Below the pieces are notes generated by a model, which was not told the origin of the DNA, ran no database searches, and saw only the letters and a list, made by a program, of their open reading frames with translations. A program made the translations under genes and the position numbers. This document shows positions 57,309 through 64,000 of a stretch of DNA of 64,000 nucleotides, piece by piece; position 1 is the stretch's first letter; the number at the start of each line of letters is the position of its first letter. The DNA comes from an uncultured Candidatus Saccharibacteria bacterium. GTDB lineage: Bacteria > Patescibacteriota > Andersenbacteria > UBA10190. The stretch spans positions 6,021 through 70,020 of the forward strand of contig CAZSUC010000001.1 in assembly GCA_964610055.1 (NCBI GenBank), in the 5' to 3' direction.

Positions 57309-59789
57309 CTAACTAATATCAAATAAAGATTCGCTCAAATAATCCTGGCTACCTCCTTTATTATTATCTCGTGGCCCACCTAAGCTAAATCTTTCTAAAA
57401 TTTGCTCCTCAATTATTTCTCGTGATCGACCATATTTTTGGCGAGATAATTCTCTAATCTCCTCTCGTCTTTGACTATCCCCACCCGCTGGCGGCGGAGA
57501 AATTTTCAAACTAAAGGGTCGTGTCGGCGTGCCATCTACCAACAAACGCACTGCTGCCGTAAATCTCTCCAAATTGACTAAATCATATTGCTTAAATACT
57601 GGATCAAATTGTTTCTCCAAAAATTCAGCGTCCTCGACTCCTACCCGATAGCTGACCACCGTTCCTACGTTCCCAAACACCGCTTCTCTAATGCCATCCT
57701 CTAATTGCTGAATAAATTGATGCGTGAGGTTTAAATCCAAATTATATTTCCGGGCTTCCGACAGAATTGTCACTATACTATCTGTCGTAAAATTCTGAAA
57801 CTCATCTAAGTACAGATAGAAATCAGGTCGTTGATCACTCGGTTTATTTGCTCGTCCCAATGCTGCAATTTGAATTTTCGAAACCAAAATAAATCCTAAC
57901 AAGTCAGAATTAATATCACCTAACTGACCTTTAGATAAGTTACATAGTAAAATTTTGCGTTGATCCATAACTTCTCTTACATCAAATGACGATCGCGGTT
58001 GGCCAATCATATTTCGCATCACTCGGTTACCCAAGAAACGCCCTAGTTTACTAATAACATAGCTCAGCATATCCGCTGACATCTGTCCTCGCTGCGACTG
58101 CACAAACTCTTTTTCCCAGAACTGGCGCACCGTTGGATCAACCTGATGTTTTAATATGTTCGCTCTAAACTCTTCATCCACAAACATTCTTGGCACATCT
58201 AATAGAGTCGAGGCTTCATCTTCAACTAAAGCTAATAACGAATTCCTTAAATAATGTTCAAACATGGGACCAATCGATTCCGGATTCAAACGCGCCGCTA
58301 ATTTTTGCAATATCTGCACTACTTCATTTACAACCAGGTCTTTCTGACCAGGATCTTTTGCTTCTAAAATATTAAAACCTAATGGCTTTTCCGTGTCTCT
58401 CGGATCAAACAAAATAACATCCTGCATTCTTTCCGGCGGGATTAATTGCAAAATATCCTCAATTAAATCTCCGTGCGGATCAACCACCCCAACCCCATGT
58501 CCCGCTAAAATATCTTGAACCACCATATTTAAAAATAATGTCGTTTTACCAGTTCCTGTCTGCCCAATTAAATACAAATGTCGCCGCCGATCATCCGCTT
58601 GTAAATGTACCGGTTGACTCACTCCTCGATAAACATTATGCCCTAGCAGTATGCCTTCTTCTGGTAAATTAGCCGGTATTGGCGCTATCTTCGCGCCTCT
58701 CCACAAAATATTTGGTGTTGCTGTAGTTTCCAGCGGAAAATGAAATAACGATGCTAACTCAGTTGTACTCAAAGAACTGGATTTTTTTTGTCGCGGCACA
58801 CGAAAAATTAAGTCGCGTAACCATGCTTTTGAGTTTTTGGTCTTAATTATTTTCAGAGAATTCAAATCTGGTAAATCGTATTGCGCAAAACTTCCTAACA
58901 AAGCATTAAACACTCGATCAGCATCTTCTGGCGCTCTAGTAGAAACTCCGACTCTAATATTCACGTCAAACTGTTGTTGCGATAATTTTTGCTCTACCAA
59001 TTCAACTCTCTGTTGCGCTCGTGGAGTTAATCTTGACCATTCTTCCCGTTCTCGTTGTTTTTCCTCTGTCTTTCGCAACGAATCTCGTGCCGCACCTATC
59101 AATGATTGTTTATTCGCCACATCCATCTGTCGACCACGCATAGTTTTCATTGCCGCCTGTCGGCCTCGTCGCCGCGCCTTCTCTCCACCCGCTCTTAACA
59201 CTAACTGAACTACCGCCGCGTCTAGTCTCTGTATTTTTGCTAACGCCCCTGTAATTGATTGCATCGGATCAGCTTCCAACTCTTTATATGTCGCCAACGG
59301 CAAATGACCATCTTTCTTCAATTTTAAATTTGCTGTCCTGATTGTATCTCCCAACTCGAAAATAGTATGTTCATCCATCCTCTTCACCTCTGCTTCTGGA
59401 TAAAAGGCATATATTTGCTTCTCCAGATGATCTAAATATTTACGCTCCGTTCCCGCATAGAAAACAATCACCCCATCCTCCCGCGCTACAATTTCTAACA
59501 CTATAACTGGCCGTCCATATAACCACTTATTCCATCCTGCCGTTGGTAAATTTGATAAGGTCGATAACCACTGCTCTGCCACCGCAATTCTTTCTTTAAT
59601 TGCATCTCCGACTCCTTCTTCTCGTTCTTCCCGAGTTAAATCTTTTGGCAACGCCACTTGCAACATTTCAATATCCAAGGTACGACGCACTATCGCCTGT
59701 TCTTTCACAACCTGCCAAACAATCATAATAGTAATTACACCTAGTCCTACTAGACCAATTATTAAACTAATTGTAATAAATGGCTCCAT
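57309..59789 (-). CDS. VirD4/TraG-like coupling-protein ATPase (CPR type)
   Basis: N-terminal TM, DRRRHLY.IGQTGTGKT, DPHGDL, NLSKG.LG, LYLDEFQNF, LSEARKY, AVFGNVGT. Confidence 0.9.
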   Translation of the reverse strand: MEPFITISLIIGLVGLGVITIMIVWQVVKEQAIVRRTLDIEMLQVALPKDLTREEREEGVGDAIKERIAVAEQWLSTLSNLPTAGWNKWLYGRPVIVLEIVAREDGVIVFYAGTERKYLDHLEKQIYAFYPEAEVKRMDEHTIFELGDTIRTANLKLKKDGHLPLATYKELEADPMQSITGALAKIQRLDAAVVQLVLRAGGEKARRRGRQAAMKTMRGRQMDVANKQSLIGAARDSLRKTEEKQREREEWSRLTPRAQQRVELVEQKLSQQQFDVNIRVGVSTRAPEDADRVFNALLGSFAQYDLPDLNSLKIIKTKNSKAWLRDLIFRVPRQKKSSSLSTTELASLFHFPLETTATPNILWRGAKIAPIPANLPEEGILLGHNVYRGVSQPVHLQADDRRRHLYLIGQTGTGKTTLFLNMVVQDILAGHGVGVVDPHGDLIEDILQLIPPERMQDVILFDPRDTEKPLGFNILEAKDPGQKDLVVNEVVQILQKLAARLNPESIGPMFEHYLRNSLLALVEDEASTLLDVPRMFVDEEFRANILKHQVDPTVRQFWEKEFVQSQRGQMSADMLSYVISKLGRFLGNRVMRNMIGQPRSSFDVREVMDQRKILLCNLSKGQLGDINSDLLGFILVSKIQIAALGRANKPSDQRPDFYLYLDEFQNFTTDSIVTILSEARKYNLDLNLTHQFIQQLEDGIREAVFGNVGTVVSYRVGVEDAEFLEKQFDPVFKQYDLVNLERFTAAVRLLVDGTPTRPFSLKISPPPAGGDSQRREEIRELSRQKYGRSREIIEEQILERFSLGGPRDNNKGGSQDYLSESLFDIS

Positions 59790-59793
59790 TTTT

Positions 59794-60276
59794 CTACTCC
59801 GCCAAAATTACCAAAATTGCTAGCCCAATTCCTAATACCATTCCTCCTATCAGCAACACCCAGCCAGCTAACGGTTGCTTATTTAACTTAGAAGTTACCA
59901 CTAAATCGTACATCTCACTTGTTAATACATCATGAAAAAGATCTAAATTACGAGGGTAGTTAGGGCTGCTTTGCGCTTGTTTGATAGCTGCAGTCAAATC
60001 TTTTGCAAACGCGGTATTAACTAATATCTGCGCTTCTTCATGCTCTTCTTTAGTATGCTCCCACGGAGACTTAATCGAATCCACTGCCTCTCCTGCAGCC
60101 GCAATTTGCTCCGCCACAATCTCGCCTATTTTTTCTTTAGTTCGATCTACTCCCTTTACTTCATTCTGAGTTTGCAGTCTTTCACCTACTTCTTGCCGAA
60201 AAGATTCCGCTCTTTCTTGATCCGGAAAAACTAAAGTCTCACGTTCCCAATCTGTCCGTTCACGTCTTTTCTCCAT
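59794..60276 (-). CDS. hypothetical protein with a C-terminal TM, co-transcribed with the ATPase
   Basis: 160 aa; TGgTATGAT 6 nt before the ATG; 4-bp gap to the ATPase gene. Confidence 0.75.
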   Translation of the reverse strand: MEKRRERTDWERETLVFPDQERAESFRQEVGERLQTQNEVKGVDRTKEKIGEIVAEQIAAAGEAVDSIKSPWEHTKEEHEEAQILVNTAFAKDLTAAIKQAQSSPNYPRNLDLFHDVLTSEMYDLVVTSKLNKQPLAGWVLLIGGMVLGIGLAILVILAE

Positions 60277-60298
60277 GCTTACATCATACCACGCCTAT

Positions 60299-61933
60299 CT
60301 ACTTCAATCCGTATTCCCTCTGCTCAATCAACGTTAAATGACGCAATTTCTTTGCTATCACCGGATTAGATTCTGCTATTATTTTTATTGCTTCCTCTCT
60401 CGCGCTTTGTCGTCTTTGATGTAAATAATTCCACCCCGGCACTCTCCTTAAAACATTTTTAATACTCACCATTGTCCGTTGAAATTTAGCCTGAGCATTA
60501 TCACCGTATTGCAAAGTGTCATAATCAACAATATCCCAATACAACCCATTATTTAAATATTTTATAATTTGTCCTTTTTTACTGTCTGGCAAACTACTGC
60601 TCTGTAACTTTTCCACCACGCGATTATCTTCCGCTAGTCTCTCCCAGTCCCCGCCCGCCAACGATTCTCCTTCTGCTTTTAGATAGCCTTCCAATTCAGC
60701 CATTTCAGTTAAATCAGTATCTCGCGCTCGTCTCTCTTCTTTACTCCTCACTGTTTCTTTTCCTTGCCTTTTTAATTCTTCTTTCCTCTGATCAATCATA
60801 CGCCCTATCTGCAATTTACGATCATCGATTTTTTCTTGCGTACTTCTCTCTTTAAATTTGTACAATCTAGTCTTTTCAATCATTCGTATCAACAAACCTT
60901 TTTTATTACTATACAAATGCCTATCATATCTACTACCCCTTCGCGTGAATCCTTTCATTAAACCTTGCATCACCTCATCTTTTCTATCTTTAACTGGCAT
61001 CTGATCTATTACTTCCCATAATTCAGTCTTATTTCCACATTGCTTAGCTATATTTAAAAATGCCATTTCAGCATAAAGTGACAATAATTTAGGATCAATG
61101 TCCTCAATTTTTATATCTTCTCGCGCTGATCCTGCCGCCGGAGTAACTTCATTATTTTTTTCCTTTGACGGTTCACTTTCATTCACAACCCTAGCACCTT
61201 CACGGCCTTCTTTTTTATCATCCTCAGCCTCACCAACCGCCTCCGGCTCAGCTCCTTCAGGCCTCGTATCTTCAGGTTTTGGGTTCATCTCTTCCGCCGG
61301 TCTTTTGATTTCATAAGCCTGATTAAGCCTTTCTAGCATACTCCTAACTAAAGTCGGCAGGTCTTCTATTTGTCGTATGTCTCCATATTCCCTCGATACC
61401 CCTGCTCTAATTTCGGCCCGTTTTTTTCGTTTTTCATCTAGACTCAAATTTTGAAAATCGTTTGCTTCTCGCAGCCATCTTTGACCACGTAATAACAATG
61501 TTATTGATTGTCCCAACAGATATGATTTACGTCCTGCCGCTTCCACTTTATCTGTCTCGTTAGCAACCTTTGGTGCACTACTTACACAAAGTTTAGCTAA
61601 TAAAACCAGTGCCCGAGCTTGATTACGGTCACTACCTACCTTCTTTATCACATCCTCAAAATTAAATCTCCCACCATCTCTAAGCATTGCCCCCGTAATT
61701 TTTTTATAAGCCTCGTTCACCCCCTCACCCTCGCCCTCAAACACACGATCATTAAGTAAGCCAAATAATTTTCCTGATAACGATGATTCTCCTGTTAATA
61801 TTCCATCTACAGCCACTCTCACCTTTTCATTTGTATCCCTATCCTCACTAGACCTATCAACCGTCAATAATTTCCCTACTCTCTCCTCCACGCTAACACC
61901 AGTACCACTGTGTGGATTTACTTCTATCTTCAT
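60299..61933 (-). CDS. large charged helical hypothetical protein
   Basis: 544-aa ORF, E/K/R-rich with a low-complexity linker; TGaTATATT 6 nt before the ATG. Confidence 0.75.
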   Translation of the reverse strand: MKIEVNPHSGTGVSVEERVGKLLTVDRSSEDRDTNEKVRVAVDGILTGESSLSGKLFGLLNDRVFEGEGEGVNEAYKKITGAMLRDGGRFNFEDVIKKVGSDRNQARALVLLAKLCVSSAPKVANETDKVEAAGRKSYLLGQSITLLLRGQRWLREANDFQNLSLDEKRKKRAEIRAGVSREYGDIRQIEDLPTLVRSMLERLNQAYEIKRPAEEMNPKPEDTRPEGAEPEAVGEAEDDKKEGREGARVVNESEPSKEKNNEVTPAAGSAREDIKIEDIDPKLLSLYAEMAFLNIAKQCGNKTELWEVIDQMPVKDRKDEVMQGLMKGFTRRGSRYDRHLYSNKKGLLIRMIEKTRLYKFKERSTQEKIDDRKLQIGRMIDQRKEELKRQGKETVRSKEERRARDTDLTEMAELEGYLKAEGESLAGGDWERLAEDNRVVEKLQSSSLPDSKKGQIIKYLNNGLYWDIVDYDTLQYGDNAQAKFQRTMVSIKNVLRRVPGWNYLHQRRQSAREEAIKIIAESNPVIAKKLRHLTLIEQREYGLK

Positions 61934-62008
61934 ATTTTCAATATATCACTCAATTTTTCATCACACTATCACTATTTCGACTTTTCTTGTTAAATTTATA
62001 AATACTCC

Positions 62009-63058
62009 ATGCCTCATCCTAAACTCATTTTTTCTCTTTTTAGCACGCTAATTTTAAGTGCTGCTATCGTATTATTTCAGCCTCAGCTTTCTTCTCTGTT
62101 CCATAATTTGTCGTCTGCCAACTCAACCGACTCATCTTCACTGCCTCAACCATTACAAGACTTTACCGGAAATGACACCGGCCAATTAACTTTAGATGGA
62201 ATCTTGGCTGCCACTAATAATTACCGCCAAGAGCAAGGTTTATCGCCGCTTACTCTTAACTCTCAACTTAATCAAGCTGCCATCACTAAAGCTAACGATA
62301 TTTTAGCCAAACAATATTTTGATCATGTTGCCCCCGATGGCACTCAGCCGGCCGATCTAGTCACTGCGACTGGTTATGCCTATTTACGCGTTGGAGAGAA
62401 TCTCGCTCTTGGTAATTTTACTACCGACAATGATTTAGTGTCAGCTTGGATGAATAGTCCTGGTCATCGCGCCAACATTCTCGCTCCTAATTTCAGTGAA
62501 ATCGGTATTGCCGCTGTCGCTGGAACTTACGAAAATCAATTTGCTTGGGTCGCCGTTCAAACCTTCGCTTTACCTACTTCAGCCTGCCCCACGGTCTCTC
62601 CTGATTTACACACTCAAGTAGAAACACTTACTCAAACCGCTACTACTCAACAAAACGATCTTGTTGCTCGTCGAACTAACCTAGAAAATTATCAAACCCA
62701 ACTCCAAGATTTAACCGATCAATTTAACACTTTTGTCGCTTCTGCTAATCAGAAATTAACTGCCGGCAATGAACGTATCGATCAAGGCAATCAAATCATG
62801 CAATCAACTTACGATCCTGATCGCGCTCAAGATGACTGGGATGCCGGCGCCGCCCTCCAATCTGAAAGTCAACAGCTCCAAACACAAGCCGATGAAATTC
62901 GCTTACAGATTAATCATCTCAATACCACCTATTCAACCTATCAAGATGAATACAATCAATTAGTTGATACTTACAACAGCACCGCTGCTAATTTGCGTTC
63001 CTTAACCGAGCAACTCAACGAACAAATTAACGCTTATAACAATTGTATTTCAATCTAA
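62009..63058 (+). CDS. CAP/SCP domain protein with a coiled-coil tail
   Basis: TN.YR...GL..L..N..L..AA..KA.D.....YFDH, GENLA, AWMNSPGHRANIL, EIGIA. Confidence 0.92.
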   Translation: MPHPKLIFSLFSTLILSAAIVLFQPQLSSLFHNLSSANSTDSSSLPQPLQDFTGNDTGQLTLDGILAATNNYRQEQGLSPLTLNSQLNQAAITKANDILAKQYFDHVAPDGTQPADLVTATGYAYLRVGENLALGNFTTDNDLVSAWMNSPGHRANILAPNFSEIGIAAVAGTYENQFAWVAVQTFALPTSACPTVSPDLHTQVETLTQTATTQQNDLVARRTNLENYQTQLQDLTDQFNTFVASANQKLTAGNERIDQGNQIMQSTYDPDRAQDDWDAGAALQSESQQLQTQADEIRLQINHLNTTYSTYQDEYNQLVDTYNSTAANLRSLTEQLNEQINAYNNCISI

Positions 63059-64000
63059 CCTTTTGCCTTTTGCCAATTTTTTCCACTCCCTACGTCAACT
63101 TCCAACGGTACATCTAACACTACGACATTCTCCATAACTTCTTTCATAGTTTGCTTAACCTGATCCGCTATGTTTTGTTCCGCCTCAACTACCAATTCAT
63201 CATGAACCGTTAATACCATTTGTGCTTGCCCCGAAAACTGTTGGTCTAATTCCGTCGCTAATTTAATCATGGCTTTCTTTAAAATATCCGCGGCCGTTCC
63301 TTGTAATGGAAAATTATAAGCCGCTCGTTCTGCTTGCGCGCGTATTCCTGGTCTACTCGATTGCATTTCTGGAAAATATCTTCGCCTCCCAAAAATAGTC
63401 TCCGTGTATCCCATTGCCTGCGCCTGTTCAATCATTCTCTCAATCATCATTGTAATTCCCGAATACTGCTTATGATATCGCTCAATAAATGATCGCGCCT
63501 CTTCAACCGATAAACCCGTTTCGCGCGCAAACTTCATTGGTCCCATACCATACAACACTCCAAAATTTAAAGTTTTCGCTGCCCTACGCTGTTGGTCTGT
63601 AACCTCTTGGAGTTCAATCCCATGCACCCAAGCCGCTGTAGCTCGATGAATATCTTCTCCTTGTCGAAACGCTTCTTTCATTTTTTCATCACCTGACACA
63701 TGAGCCGCAATCCGTAATTCCAACTGAGAATAATCCGCCTTTATTAAAACCTTACCTTCCGGCGCAATAAAAGCAGCTCTAATTTCCTGGCCTAATTCAG
63801 TTCTCGCCGGAATATTTTGTAAATTCGGATCTGATGAACTTAAACGCCCCGTCGCCGTAACTGTTTGATTAAAAGAAGTATATACCCGCCCTGTTTCTTT
63901 ATCTGCTAATTCTGGCAATGTCACGATATAAGTACTGAGTAATTTACTCAATTCTCGTTGTTCCTGTATTAATCCAATAATCGGATGTTGTCCCTCTAAT
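63055..64000 (-). CDS. polA: DNA polymerase I, C-terminal part (enters from outside the window)
   Basis: TATGRLSSSDPNLQNIP, ADYSQLELR, R.AAK.LNFGVLYG, QGTAADI.K, VHDELV. Confidence 0.98.
   Translation of the reverse strand, partial: LEGQHPIIGLIQEQRELSKLLSTYIVTLPELADKETGRVYTSFNQTVTATGRLSSSDPNLQNIPARTELGQEIRAAFIAPEGKVLIKADYSQLELRIAAHVSGDEKMKEAFRQGEDIHRATAAWVHGIELQEVTDQQRRAAKTLNFGVLYGMGPMKFARETGLSVEEARSFIERYHKQYSGITMMIERMIEQAQAMGYTETIFGRRRYFPEMQSSRPGIRAQAERAAYNFPLQGTAADILKKAMIKLATELDQQFSGQAQMVLTVHDELVVEAEQNIADQVKQTMKEVMENVVVLDVPLEVDVGSGKNWQKAKG

Noticed and set aside
2156-63951. Alternative genetic code (UGA recoding) and the many short nested ORFs in the track
   Set aside because: All conserved genes are full length under code 11 and TGA is used as a stop; the nested ORFs are frame or antisense shadows of uvrABC, rnj, rpoBC, ftsK and others

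Overview
Core-chromosome segment (standard genetic code) of what looks like a Patescibacteria/CPR bacterium. This is inferred from the CPR-style gene set: a secG-oppA-like block, a MurE lacking its N-terminal domain, a short TsaB, a stand-alone VirD4/TraG-like ATPase, several GT-C glycosyltransferases and pilin-like genes. Housekeeping genes include uvrA/uvrC/uvrB, ruvA, recA, ftsK, rpoBC, polA (partial), holA, rpsF-ssb-rpsR, rpsT, ychF, trpS, rnj, truB, gmd plus a neighbouring reductase, pmm, pgi/pmi, gdh, a znuA-like gene and csrA, plus tRNA-Leu(CAG). The + strand is strongly C/T-rich throughout, and many operon-first genes look leaderless. The main signals not explained by the gene list are: (1) a free-standing LAGLIDADG gene whose last codons are the 5' half of tRNA-Leu, with a relic tRNA D-loop on its other side; (2) three perfect DnaA boxes inside the truB coding sequence; (3) a ~0.7-kb insert bounded by 30-bp direct repeats that carries a decayed DGR-target-like gene; (4) four self-contained mini-cassettes (promoter, boxA-like GTTCWTT, strong SD, short ORF, terminator), one of them csrA; (5) long structured 5' leaders on rnj and rpoB; (6) a 76-bp duplication that gives two genes the same N-terminus. 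All family assignments are by eye from motifs; no database search was run.
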